From the IMG/VR virus record IMGVR_UViG_3300042545_000830, positions 1-61,354 of that record: 61,354 nt of DNA, one strand, 5' to 3'. This DNA comes from a virus. Lineage: Duplodnaviria; Caudoviricetes. Shown here piece by piece: positions 49,036-58,421 of the stretch. Each line of letters opens with the position of its first letter. The stretch's first letter is position 1. Both the position numbers and the translations under genes were made by a program. A model generated the notes under the pieces. It had not been told where the DNA came from, did no database searches, and worked only from the letters and a program-made list of their open reading frames with translations.

Positions 49036-49842
49036 TTAAATAGGATTTATTTGTTTTGATATAAAAAATCCTTTATGTTTACATTGATTTCCTTTTTTAT
49101 TAAATTTATTAAAAGTGTTTCTTAAATTTTTATAATCTATATCATTTTCTTTACAAAAAATAATTAATTTTCTAACCTCCACCAAACTTCCATCCGGTTT
49201 ACAAACAGTGTAATATTTTGATCTAGAATTTGTTTTTTTTCTATTTTTTTCTCGTAATTCGTTTAAATGCTCCTTTATTCTTTTTTGTTTTCCACTATAA
49301 TTCATTTTTAAATTATATTTTTTAATCCATTCCCTTAAAGTATTAGTAGTTAAGTTTAAGTTATCTGCTATATGTTTTAACATTACACCTTGATTTAGTT
49401 GATCTTCTAAAATTTTTATTTTATTTTCATTTTTTTTATATGTAGTTTTTATCATAGTTTTTGCTTGTCTATCTTTCATATCTTTATAAAAATCTTCTCC
49501 GTATATTTTTTTTATTTCTTCTACATTTAATGGCTGAGTTCCACCATCCAATAAATTACATAATGTTCCCTTTCCTTCTATTCTTTTACCATACGAATTT
49601 ATTAATTCTAATTCCTTTTTTAATGCTTCTTGTTCTGTTAAATCATTTATTATTATTTTTTCAGTAAAATCGAAACCATTATTAAAAATAGATTTTATTT
49701 TACAATATAAAAAGTAATTTGTAACCTTTCCCATTTTATAATTTTTTCTATGATTTTTATATCTTTTATCTGTTCCTTTACCTATATAAAAAATTACACC
49801 ATTTTCATCAAAAAGACCATACACATAATATTTTTTGTTCAT
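49036..49842 (-). CDS. GIY-YIG homing endonuclease with HTH
   Basis: YYVYGL...FYIGKG..KR, EQEALKKELELI, LCNLLDGG; HTH LKHIADNLNLTTNTLREWI; GTAAGTA 5 nt before ATG 49842. Confidence 0.8.
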   Translation of the reverse strand: MNKKYYVYGLFDENGVIFYIGKGTDKRYKNHRKNYKMGKVTNYFLYCKIKSIFNNGFDFTEKIIINDLTEQEALKKELELINSYGKRIEGKGTLCNLLDGGTQPLNVEEIKKIYGEDFYKDMKDRQAKTMIKTTYKKNENKIKILEDQLNQGVMLKHIADNLNLTTNTLREWIKKYNLKMNYSGKQKRIKEHLNELREKNRKKTNSRSKYYTVCKPDGSLVEVRKLIIFCKENDIDYKNLRNTFNKFNKKGNQCKHKGFFISKQINPI

Positions 49843-49925
49843 GAAAATACTTACCAATCTTTACAGGCAATATTTTATTTTTTTTAAAAAAATGGAAATA
49901 TAACATATAAACGATAAATAATATC

Positions 49926-50306
49926 ATGAATATGTTCGATTCAATTTTGGAAAAATATTTAAATGAAAATAATATTTTACAACAAATAGATGATTTAAAA
50001 AAAAGAGTATCACAAGCTCCACCATTACAACAAAACGTGATTGGTGCTGCTGCTGAAGCAATGTCGGATGCTTCATCTAAAAAAGATCCAAAATTATTAG
50101 AACTAGCAAATAGCATTCAGGATAAAATTTTAAATAATAAACAAATCACACCAGAAGAATTAGAAGTTTTAAGTAAAATTTTTCCAAAGGACGAAGAACA
50201 AACAGAAGATGAAAACGAAGAAGAAAATTCATCAGTAATTAAATCTACCCCAAACATAAAAACATCTCCAACATCTATTACAAATTCGACTAGTTATAAA
50301 GTATAA
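49926..50306 (+). CDS. hypothetical protein (possible head-internal protein)
   Basis: 126 aa; MNMFDSILEKYLNE N-terminus; ATAAATA 5 nt before ATG. Confidence 0.55.
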   Translation: MNMFDSILEKYLNENNILQQIDDLKKRVSQAPPLQQNVIGAAAEAMSDASSKKDPKLLELANSIQDKILNNKQITPEELEVLSKIFPKDEEQTEDENEEENSSVIKSTPNIKTSPTSITNSTSYKV

Positions 50307-50311
50307 ATTTT

Positions 50312-51118
50312 ATGAGTAAAAAACGCCCCGTTAAAGGGAGAGGAACAGCTGAAACGACTGCTGTTCAAAACGAAGATAATTCACCTTATGTTTTTCAAAA
50401 AGAAAAAATAAATTATGAATTACAAATTAAAGATTTGCCTTGGACAGACAAGCAAAAAGAAATCATAACTACTTTTCTAGATAAAAAAACCAAAGTTTTA
50501 TTATTAAAGGGTCCAGCAGGTACAAGTAAAACAACATTAGCAATGTATTGTGGGTTGACTCTTTTAAACAAAAAAAGAATTTCTGATCTTGTATTGGTTC
50601 GTTCGGCAGTAGAATCTTCGGATTCTAAACTTGGGTTTTTACCCGGTGACATCATGGACAAGTTTAATGTTTATCTAACACCATTTCACGATAAATTTTC
50701 AGAATTATTGAATAAATCTCAAGTCGATAGATTACAAAAAGACAATAGGATTACTATTTGTCCTATCAATTTCGCAAGAGGTTTACATTTTTCTGCAAAA
50801 TTTGTGTGCGCGGATGAGATTCAAAATTTTTCAAAAAGAGAAATTCATACAATAATGAGCCGTATAGGAGAATTTTCTAAAGTTTTTCTATGTGGAGATC
50901 CAGAACAAAGTGATTTACCAGCAGGTAAATCGGGATTTAACAAAGTATATGATCTTTTTAACAATGAAGAGGGAAGAGAACATGGTATTTTTTGTATGGA
51001 ATTGACAGAGGAAGATATTGTTCGTTCTGAACTTTGTAGGTACATTACCCATAAATTTAAAGAATTACAAACAAATGAACAACCAAAATATGATTGGAAA
51101 CCATCAGAAGGAAAGTAA
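50312..51118 (+). CDS. phoH: PhoH-like ATPase
   Basis: GPAGTSKT, LGFLPG, RG, DEIQN, SRIGE, GDPEQSD, DIVRS. Confidence 0.92.
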   Translation: MSKKRPVKGRGTAETTAVQNEDNSPYVFQKEKINYELQIKDLPWTDKQKEIITTFLDKKTKVLLLKGPAGTSKTTLAMYCGLTLLNKKRISDLVLVRSAVESSDSKLGFLPGDIMDKFNVYLTPFHDKFSELLNKSQVDRLQKDNRITICPINFARGLHFSAKFVCADEIQNFSKREIHTIMSRIGEFSKVFLCGDPEQSDLPAGKSGFNKVYDLFNNEEGREHGIFCMELTEEDIVRSELCRYITHKFKELQTNEQPKYDWKPSEGK

Positions 51119-51126
51119 ATATTGAT

Positions 51127-51279
51127 ATGAATAATAAACCAGAATACAAACAAGTAACAAATATACCAATCGGATGTACCTTTTGTGGTTCTACCGTACA
51201 TGGAAAAGTAGTCGGAGAACAAGTTAGATGGGTATGTCCCAGATGTTCAAATTTAGTTAAAGTTGGAAAATCAAGTTAA
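51127..51279 (+). CDS. small zinc-ribbon protein
   Basis: CTFC...WVCPRC; GTAAATA 5 nt before ATG 51127. Confidence 0.6.
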   Translation: MNNKPEYKQVTNIPIGCTFCGSTVHGKVVGEQVRWVCPRCSNLVKVGKSS

Positions 51280-51803
51280 TGATAAATTTGAAGAAAATAT
51301 TGAACGAAGATGTTGGTAGTATCTGGTCGCCTAGACAATACCAAGCCAGTAGCATGGCTCCAAGAAAAGATCAAGGTCCATTATTTTCTCAAAGAGATGG
51401 TAAAAACTTTCCATATCAACAGAATGCGCCCGGTGTGTCGCAATCTACTACAAATGAGCCACAAAAACCAGAAACTTTTCCTTGGCCATTACAAAATATA
51501 AATAGCGATTTAGCAGATGGTTTAATTTTCATATTAGAAGCTGCTAAAAAAATAAGCATTTGCGGTAAGATTAATAAATCGTTAACAAAAAAACAAAAAA
51601 ACAATTTAGTTCAAGTTTATAAAAAACTTATCGTTGTATCAAAAGAGATTGAAAAAATTGGTATTACTTTACCAAGTATGATTAATATGTCATCAGAAAC
51701 AACCGAACAAATTCCACCTCAACCGTTCCAATCTCCTTATATACCATCTTCTGTACCAGTTTCTAGTCAAGAGACATCAAATTTACAATCACAAAAGTTG
51801 TAA
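51279..51803 (+). CDS. hypothetical protein
   Basis: 174-aa P/Q/S-rich ORF. Confidence 0.6.
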   Translation: MINLKKILNEDVGSIWSPRQYQASSMAPRKDQGPLFSQRDGKNFPYQQNAPGVSQSTTNEPQKPETFPWPLQNINSDLADGLIFILEAAKKISICGKINKSLTKKQKNNLVQVYKKLIVVSKEIEKIGITLPSMINMSSETTEQIPPQPFQSPYIPSSVPVSSQETSNLQSQKL

Positions 51804-51808
51804 ATTGC

Positions 51809-51837
51809 TTGACAATATTTTAAATTTAACATAATAT
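51809..51837 (+). promoter_or_regulatory. sigma70-type promoter
   Basis: TTGACA-N17-TAATAT, 6 nt before ATG 51844. Confidence 0.55.
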
Positions 51838-51843
51838 ATATTC

Positions 51844-52269
51844 ATGTTAATAAATAAAATTCTTTTTAAGAATGTATTAAAATCAACAATCACGGTATTG
51901 TTTATTTCTTTACTTGGTGCTTATGGTGGACATCTTTTTGGTTTAAGTTTCTTTGGAATCTTTTATATACTTTTGTGTATTCAATATGTTTTGTTTTATT
52001 CAATATCAAAAGTAATAAATTCATTTTTTATAGAAAAAACAAAACAAAAACAACTGGAAAAATTAGAAAATCTTTCCACAATTTTAAATTGTGCATATTG
52101 CAATAAAGAAAATATTATGACATTTTCTCCAGATGATAATTCTAGAGTAGAATTTACTTGTAATCATTGTGATAAAAAAAATATGGTGACTATTCAATTT
52201 TTAGTAGCAAGAATTACAGAATCTGTAAACATACCAAAAGTTACAGGTGTTCAATTAGAAGATATTTAA
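51844..52269 (+). CDS. membrane protein with C-terminal zinc ribbon
   Basis: Two hydrophobic N-terminal segments, then CAYC...CNHC. Confidence 0.65.
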   Translation: MLINKILFKNVLKSTITVLFISLLGAYGGHLFGLSFFGIFYILLCIQYVLFYSISKVINSFFIEKTKQKQLEKLENLSTILNCAYCNKENIMTFSPDDNSRVEFTCNHCDKKNMVTIQFLVARITESVNIPKVTGVQLEDI

Positions 52270-52270
52270 A

Positions 52271-52576
52271 ATGAAAAATAAATCATTAAAATGGTGGGAA
52301 ACTGTACACGCAGAAGCATCGGAATTAGCTAGATGGATAGCATTATACGAGGCGGTTAATACAATTGCCGATAAAGCAGAAGAAAAAAATATACCTTTTG
52401 ATAAGGTAGAATTAAAACCTATAGCTATTCACAAATACATGGATGCAACAGAAAATAATATCTTGAAAAAGGTATTACGACAAATTTATAAAGTTGATGT
52501 TTGTTATAATGGAGATGCACCAAAAGAATATTTAGAAATTCTACCAGAGCCTAAAAACGAATACTCAGTATATTAG
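52271..52576 (+). CDS. hypothetical protein
   Basis: 101-aa ORF. Confidence 0.6.
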   Translation: MKNKSLKWWETVHAEASELARWIALYEAVNTIADKAEEKNIPFDKVELKPIAIHKYMDATENNILKKVLRQIYKVDVCYNGDAPKEYLEILPEPKNEYSVY

Positions 52577-53202
52577 TAATCACCATATACTGATGTATCA
52601 CTGCAAGGATTTTCTATCAAGTAATCAAAATTTTTCTTTGATGCTTGCTCTATAATATCATTGTCATTATTTGGATTATTCCCATCACCAGAACCAGCAC
52701 TGCCTGTTTCGTGACTATAATCATTACGTTTAGCCTTAAAAAACCAAACATAATGTCCTGCTATGGCATTTAATTGAAATTCATCAATTACTTCTGTTAT
52801 TTCATAAACAGTTGGTCCTCTTTTTGGAAAATTTAAACGATCACTTCCAAATTCAGACATTTTTATTAAATCTCCCGCTTTTGGTTCAGAACTAACTCCA
52901 AAATTTTCTGTAAAATGATATGGATGAATAACACCATTCATATCACTATCTGCTACTATACCAAATTTGGATAACATATAAGAATCATTATTCAAATTTA
53001 AAAGAACAACCATTGATTTTGGTGTTTGAAATGATGTATTTGGTTGTTCTCCGTATATAGGGTTCATTTCATCTATGGAGGCATTATTAAAATAGTATTC
53101 TATTTCTTGACCATTTATTTCAATTTGCTCTTTCCACCAACGAGAAAAATTATTTCTTTCATTGGCATTTATTTGTTTATTTAAAAATCTTAATTTTTCC
53201 AT
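52573..53202 (-). CDS. neck/head-closure protein (gp14-like)
   Basis: EQIEINGQEIEYY, IYGEQP, LSKFGI, PKAGDLI, YEITEV, HYVW, VYGDY. Confidence 0.7.
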   Translation of the reverse strand: MEKLRFLNKQINANERNNFSRWWKEQIEINGQEIEYYFNNASIDEMNPIYGEQPNTSFQTPKSMVVLLNLNNDSYMLSKFGIVADSDMNGVIHPYHFTENFGVSSEPKAGDLIKMSEFGSDRLNFPKRGPTVYEITEVIDEFQLNAIAGHYVWFFKAKRNDYSHETGSAGSGDGNNPNNDNDIIEQASKKNFDYLIENPCSDTSVYGDY

Positions 53203-53204
53203 AA

Positions 53205-53573
53205 TTAAGCCTTTTTCATTTGAATAGAATAACCTTTTTGTGGATCATATACCAAAAATCTACCAATTCCGGTTTGTTCATTTTTTTGTTTTAATGCTAT
53301 TTCAAAGGGTTGTGTTTTGTCTCTTTTGTCTAAATTAAGACTGTAATCATTTATTATTTTTTGTAATTCTACTTCTGATATTTTTTTAAATCCGGTATTA
53401 TAAGATGCTTTAACTACGCTTTGATTATTATAATCATTATGTGGAGAATGGTATCTAGCAACTATGTTTGTTTTCTGATTTGTTATACCAGCTTCGGTTC
53501 TATGTCTAGGATTTGATGCCAATTTAATATTTGCTATACCATTATTTTCAAAAAAAGTTTTAAAGTTCATCAT
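53205..53573 (-). CDS. hypothetical protein (possible head-internal protein)
   Basis: MNFKTFFEN N-terminus; ATAAGTA just upstream. Confidence 0.55.
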   Translation of the reverse strand: MMNFKTFFENNGIANIKLASNPRHRTEAGITNQKTNIVARYHSPHNDYNNQSVVKASYNTGFKKISEVELQKIINDYSLNLDKRDKTQPFEIALKQKNEQTGIGRFLVYDPQKGYSIQMKKA

Positions 53574-53586
53574 ATATACTTATAAC

Positions 53587-53620
53587 AAAAAAAGCCCTGC
53601 TTTAATAAGCAGGGCTTTTT
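53587..53620 (-). terminator. intrinsic terminator (potentially bidirectional)
   Basis: aaaaagccctgctt-taat-aagcagggcttttt, 14-bp stem, U-tract on minus strand. Confidence 0.85.
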
Positions 53621-53637
53621 ATTTAATTTATATTTTT

Positions 53638-54495
53638 TTATTGATCAAAAAGACCTTTTCCAACTTTTACACCACCAACATTGTTGTTTTTTCCGGTTAG
53701 TTTGGAAATAGCACTGTCAGTTGAGTGTTTTTCAATCTTTCCATCCGCACCTTTAATTGCAGATGAGGTTGCAGACTTCTTTGAAACTGGTACTGCACCC
53801 TTTACGACTTTATTTTTCTTGCTGGTTAGATGACCTTTATCTAAATCTTTAACCAAAGCATGTCCTAATTCTTTGGCATCTACGGATTCTTTGAATGGAT
53901 CTTCTTCTTCGTCTTCACCATCAACAGAAGAATCTTCTTCGGAATCATCAAACATTTCATCTTCGGTTTGATCTTCGCTATCGGTTTCTTCTTCGGTTTC
54001 GCCTAAAACTGATTGTAAAACATCAACCAATTTTTGTGCGGTTTCTCTATCTAATGTGAAAGATACTTCTTCGGAACCTTCTTCGGAACCTTCTTCGGAA
54101 CCTTCTTCGTCTTCTATTCCTTCTTCGGAACCTTCTTCACCAAATCCAGAACCAAACTCATCAGATGATTCGAGTTCGTTATCTTGGTCGGTAGAGAAGT
54201 TAAATTGTCCTTCTTCACTTAATACTCTATTATAAAGAGCATCAAATGGATTTAATGATTCATTTTTAGTTTTTTTCATAAGTTTTGGTTCACCCGTAGC
54301 ACCTTTAGTTGTTAATTCTGCTGGAGCTTCTTCTGGAGTTTCTAAATCAACATTATCAAGTGTACAATCAGAATCTGGTACGGAAGATTCGTCACCGAAA
54401 ACTTTACCTACTTGAGATTTGGTTGATCCTACTATACCAGAAGATTTATCTGATTCTTCTAACATTGTTAAATATGCTTTTGTGATTGGGTCCAT
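53638..54495 (-). CDS. acidic low-complexity protein, possible prohead core/internal protein
   Basis: Very D/E-rich centre, basic C-terminus, late promoter upstream and terminator downstream. Confidence 0.6.
   Translation of the reverse strand: MDPITKAYLTMLEESDKSSGIVGSTKSQVGKVFGDESSVPDSDCTLDNVDLETPEEAPAELTTKGATGEPKLMKKTKNESLNPFDALYNRVLSEEGQFNFSTDQDNELESSDEFGSGFGEEGSEEGIEDEEGSEEGSEEGSEEVSFTLDRETAQKLVDVLQSVLGETEEETDSEDQTEDEMFDDSEEDSSVDGEDEEEDPFKESVDAKELGHALVKDLDKGHLTSKKNKVVKGAVPVSKKSATSSAIKGADGKIEKHSTDSAISKLTGKNNNVGGVKVGKGLFDQ
54066..54138 (-). repeat. 12-bp coding tandem repeat (EEGS)n
   Basis: cttcttcggaac x3 plus partial, and a further copy at about 54120. Confidence 0.8.
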
Positions 54496-54543
54496 AATAT
54501 TTGTATGAATATTTACACTAGTTATATTACAAATCTATAAAAA

Positions 54544-54951
54544 TTATTTCTTTTTTGGTTTAACTTTATCAGAAGTAATTTTTTTACCGGATTTTTTTGC
54601 TGACTTTTTAATTCCTTTAACTATTTCTTCTTTATGTTTTTTACCAAATTTTTTACCAGTTTTCTTTTCCATGGATTTTTCAATCGCCCAAGGATTTACT
54701 TTCTTTTTTGCTTCAACGATTGGTTGAATACCATGTACAAAATTTTCAGATTTTACTATTTTTTTTATATAATTCTTTTTTTCTTCATCCTCATCCTCTT
54801 CATCATCTTCAGAAACGGTTTCTGTTTCAGATGTCATATCTTCTTCATCGGTTTCAGATTCTTTTTTATCAGTTTCAGATTCTTTTATTACATTATTTAA
54901 TAAAATTTTTTGATACGCTTCTTCCAATAATAATTGATCTTTTGTTCTCAT
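54544..54951 (-). CDS. hypothetical protein with acidic then basic halves
   Basis: MRTKDQLLLEEAY...; GTAAATA 5 nt before ATG. Confidence 0.6.
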   Translation of the reverse strand: MRTKDQLLLEEAYQKILLNNVIKESETDKKESETDEEDMTSETETVSEDDEEDEDEEKKNYIKKIVKSENFVHGIQPIVEAKKKVNPWAIEKSMEKKTGKKFGKKHKEEIVKGIKKSAKKSGKKITSDKVKPKKK

Positions 54952-54959
54952 GTTAATAT

Positions 54960-55781
54960 TTACTTATATTTATCTAATATAATATTAGATTCTTTTTTCA
55001 AATCCAAACATTCTATCAATTCGTAATCATTTTCACCATTAACCCAAACAATATATGATTTAGGAACTTTGAATGATGTTACCTTTTCAATTATTGTAGA
55101 ATATAAAGATAATTGTAGACTATATTTTGCATATTCACATTGTTGTAAGTGTTTTAATTCTTTTAAAAGAGTTTCTTTTCTTGGATTTTTTCTTTTAATT
55201 TCTTTATTTGTTTTATAATCAAACATAACCAATTCATTAGTTTTAAAATTATAAGAAAGGTTATCTATACTACCACATATACCCGATTCTTTATCACCAA
55301 TAACAAATTCACATTTGATTAGAATATGATCTTGTTTCCACCAGTTATAAAAATTTATAAAATTTTTAATTAATTTTGCAACTTCATTATAATAGTTTTC
55401 CACCGAATTATTAGATTTGAAATCTTTTCTTTTATTAAAAAACAAATTTATAGAGTCTCTATCCAAACTGGTTTGTTTCCTATTAAAATAGTTTTCGACA
55501 TATTTGTGAAACTCTGATCCTTTATGACAAGAATAATCTTTCGTAAATTCCCATTGATTCAATATTTCATCAACACTAAAACCATCTCTTTGAGCAACAA
55601 ACGATGCCGCTTTTTGAGAATCGAAAGGTTTTTCGTAATTTTTAATCAATTGAGAAACTGACATTTTAGCAGGTTCTCCTGCTATCGTATACTTGTGATT
55701 TTTTTCTATAAATAAAATATCAGAAAAACTATTTTCTAAACTAACAAGAGTATCGAAATTCATATTAAAATCCGAATCCAA
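54960..55781 (-). CDS. PD-(D/E)XK exonuclease (RecB/Cas4-like fold)
   Basis: HKYT, SVSQLI, GSEFH, CGSIDNL, FDYKTN, YSLQLSLY. Confidence 0.85.
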   Translation of the reverse strand: MDSDFNMNFDTLVSLENSFSDILFIEKNHKYTIAGEPAKMSVSQLIKNYEKPFDSQKAASFVAQRDGFSVDEILNQWEFTKDYSCHKGSEFHKYVENYFNRKQTSLDRDSINLFFNKRKDFKSNNSVENYYNEVAKLIKNFINFYNWWKQDHILIKCEFVIGDKESGICGSIDNLSYNFKTNELVMFDYKTNKEIKRKNPRKETLLKELKHLQQCEYAKYSLQLSLYSTIIEKVTSFKVPKSYIVWVNGENDYELIECLDLKKESNIILDKYK

Positions 55782-56970
55782 TTTTCTTTTCTTCTTTTTT
55801 AGTTTCTCCCATTTCGGTTTTCTTTGTTAGATTATAAATCTCAGCAATTACCATCTTTTTTGTAATATTTTCTTCTATTTCTTTTTTGGAGAATCCAAGA
55901 TGCTTTGCGAGTTTTTTGGCATCCTCTATTTCCAGAGGTCCAAATTCATAATCAACTTGCAATCTACCTTTTCTACGCAATGCTTCATCGATATCTTGTT
56001 TTGCACAATTATATGTGATGATCAATGGACATCTCAATACATCCCCTAAAATACCATCAGATAAGTTTAGAAGAGATGTTACAGCAGAAGAATCGTAATT
56101 ATCCCCCATTCTTTTTACTATTGCTTTTTCGGCATCTTCTAGAATCAATATTGAATTTTTCTTTTTCAGAAGACTAGAGAAAGTAGTTGGATCATTAATA
56201 AAAGATTCTATCATTGTTGCTGGAATATAAATAAAATCTTTGTTTACTTTAGTAGTAAGATACTTTAGGAAGGTGCTCTTTCCCGCACCCGGTGCACCAT
56301 GAAACATATACAAACCATTATCGTTTTTGTTTAGTCTATCGATAATTTCTTTTTCAATACCCAAAAACTTTTTACCATAGTTTAATTCTATGTTAATATC
56401 TTCTGGTATCTTTATATCAATAGGATCAAAAACATATTCATCATATCTATTTTTTACATACATATGAATTTTAGTAGATTCGTGTTTTGCTATAAATGAT
56501 TCAAAATCATTTAAATGTAAATTGGTAATATTTGATGTGTAAATTATAAGCATCTCATATGTTTTTTTAGAATCTTCTTTTTGTTTTTCTTCTTTAGATT
56601 TCGTTTGAAAATCGATATATTCTCCCTCGGTTGAAACAAATCCTAGAGAATTTGAATCATCGACTTCATCCTTTACCATCAATTTTACAAAAATATCTTT
56701 ATATTCAAAAATTAGAGTTCCGCTTTTAAATGAAAAGGTATCTTTAATCAAGGATTTTAAATTTCCTGTACATGAACTATACATTAAACTACCGTTTTCT
56801 AATAAAAAATTCAAAATATCGGATTTGAATGCTTCGCTTATATACAAAAAACAAGGAGGATAATCGGAATATGTTGTAATGTATTTATTAATAGGAAAAA
56901 GGTTTCCACTATCATGAATATCGTAATAGCCCTTTAGATCTGTTTTGAATTTGTTTTTTGAATTGAACAT
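55765..56970 (-). CDS. AAA+ ATPase
   Basis: HGAPGAGKS, LILEDAE, LLNLSDG, IDEALRRKGRL, C-terminal KIGF. Confidence 0.88.
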   Translation of the reverse strand: MFNSKNKFKTDLKGYYDIHDSGNLFPINKYITTYSDYPPCFLYISEAFKSDILNFLLENGSLMYSSCTGNLKSLIKDTFSFKSGTLIFEYKDIFVKLMVKDEVDDSNSLGFVSTEGEYIDFQTKSKEEKQKEDSKKTYEMLIIYTSNITNLHLNDFESFIAKHESTKIHMYVKNRYDEYVFDPIDIKIPEDINIELNYGKKFLGIEKEIIDRLNKNDNGLYMFHGAPGAGKSTFLKYLTTKVNKDFIYIPATMIESFINDPTTFSSLLKKKNSILILEDAEKAIVKRMGDNYDSSAVTSLLNLSDGILGDVLRCPLIITYNCAKQDIDEALRRKGRLQVDYEFGPLEIEDAKKLAKHLGFSKKEIEENITKKMVIAEIYNLTKKTEMGETKKEEKKIGFGF

Positions 56971-57027
56971 AAAAATATGATACTATATTATAAAAACTAT
57001 TAATGCAATAAAAAAATAAATATATAT

Positions 57028-57396
57028 ATGAAATCTTTAACCAAAAAACAAATTTACGAAATACACGAAAAATGTGTAAATTTGGTTAAAAGAAAACCCG
57101 CAGAATTTTTTTCATTTAGAAAAATGAGAGCATCGGTAGGATTGTGTAATTGGACAGACATTGAATTGGATTATAGGAGAGATTTATTATCAACTGCGTA
57201 TCATGAATGCGTTCATTACTTATTTCCCGATTATTCTGAAAGTATGGTAAAATATATAGAAAGTAGAATAGTAAATGTTTGTGATCCATTGGATTTAGCA
57301 TATTTTCTAAAAATACTATCCAACAAGTTATACAAATCCGAACTGCAAAAGTATAATTCTAAAACAAAAAATGCTTTGACTTCTAGAAAAAAATAG
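57028..57396 (+). CDS. small HExxH (zincin-like) protein
   Basis: TAYHECVHYLFPDYSE. Confidence 0.6.
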   Translation: MKSLTKKQIYEIHEKCVNLVKRKPAEFFSFRKMRASVGLCNWTDIELDYRRDLLSTAYHECVHYLFPDYSESMVKYIESRIVNVCDPLDLAYFLKILSNKLYKSELQKYNSKTKNALTSRKK

Positions 57397-57431
57397 AAGA
57401 TAATTGGAGAACATTCATTAAATATAATACT

Positions 57432-58406
57432 ATGATTTTCGAAGAACAAATTTCACGCAAACCAAACAAATATCCATGGACAGAAAAATTTATCGAAAGT
57501 ATGCACAATGGATTTTGGACCGATAAAGAATTTTCATTTAAGTCTGATGTTCAACAATTTAAAGTAAATTTAACCGATCAAGAAAGAGAAATTGTTATAC
57601 GTACATTGTCAGCTATCGGACAAATCGAAATAGCAGTAAAAACCTTTTGGGCAAAGCTTGGTGAAAACCTTCCCCATCCCGCATTACAAGATTTAGGATA
57701 CGTTATGGCTAACACAGAAGTCATTCATAACAATGCTTACGAGCGTCTTATTTCCACGCTTGGATTGGAAGATGTTTTTGAAAAGAATTTGAAACTCGAC
57801 TGGATTCAAGGAAGGGTAAAATATTTAAAAAAATATACACATAGATACTATAAAGATTCTAAGAAGCAATATGTATATGCTTTAACTCTTTTTACATTGT
57901 TTGTTGAAAATGTTTCTTTGTTTTCTCAATTTTACGTAATCAATTGGTTTGCTCGTTTTAAAAACGTTCTTAAAGACACCGATCAACAAGTAAAATATAC
58001 TCGTAATGAAGAAAATATTCATGGTATGGTTGGTGCTCAAATCATCAATACTATCAGAGAAGAATATCCGGAATTGTTTGATGACGAATTTGTAGATAAA
58101 ATTCTTACTGAAGCTAAAGAAGCATATGAATCAGAAGCAAAAATTATTGATTGGATGATAAATGGAATTAAAGAAGATGGTCTTAGTGCTGTTATACTTA
58201 AAGAGTTTGTTAAGAATAGAATAAATGAATCCCTTAAAATGATTGGTTTTCCTCCTGCTTTTGAGATTGACAAAGATATTATTTCTTCTACAATGTGGTT
58301 TACGGAGGAATTATTGGGTAATAATATGGTTGATTTTTTCAGTTCCAGACCCACAGAGTACTCTAAAAAATCACAATGCTTTGACGAAGATGCATTATTT
58401 GGTTAA
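57432..58406 (+). CDS. nrdB: class I ribonucleotide reductase beta subunit (class Id/NrdBi-like)
   Basis: QIEIAVKTFW, EVIHNNAY, ENVSLFSQF, NEENIH, DFFSSRPTEY. Confidence 0.93.
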   Translation: MIFEEQISRKPNKYPWTEKFIESMHNGFWTDKEFSFKSDVQQFKVNLTDQEREIVIRTLSAIGQIEIAVKTFWAKLGENLPHPALQDLGYVMANTEVIHNNAYERLISTLGLEDVFEKNLKLDWIQGRVKYLKKYTHRYYKDSKKQYVYALTLFTLFVENVSLFSQFYVINWFARFKNVLKDTDQQVKYTRNEENIHGMVGAQIINTIREEYPELFDDEFVDKILTEAKEAYESEAKIIDWMINGIKEDGLSAVILKEFVKNRINESLKMIGFPPAFEIDKDIISSTMWFTEELLGNNMVDFFSSRPTEYSKKSQCFDEDALFG

Positions 58407-58421
58407 AATTAATAAAAATAT

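Noticed and set aside
54960-55781. Cas4 / CRISPR adaptation gene
   Set aside because: PD-(D/E)XK fold but no four-Cys Fe-S pattern typical of Cas4, and no cas genes or array nearby
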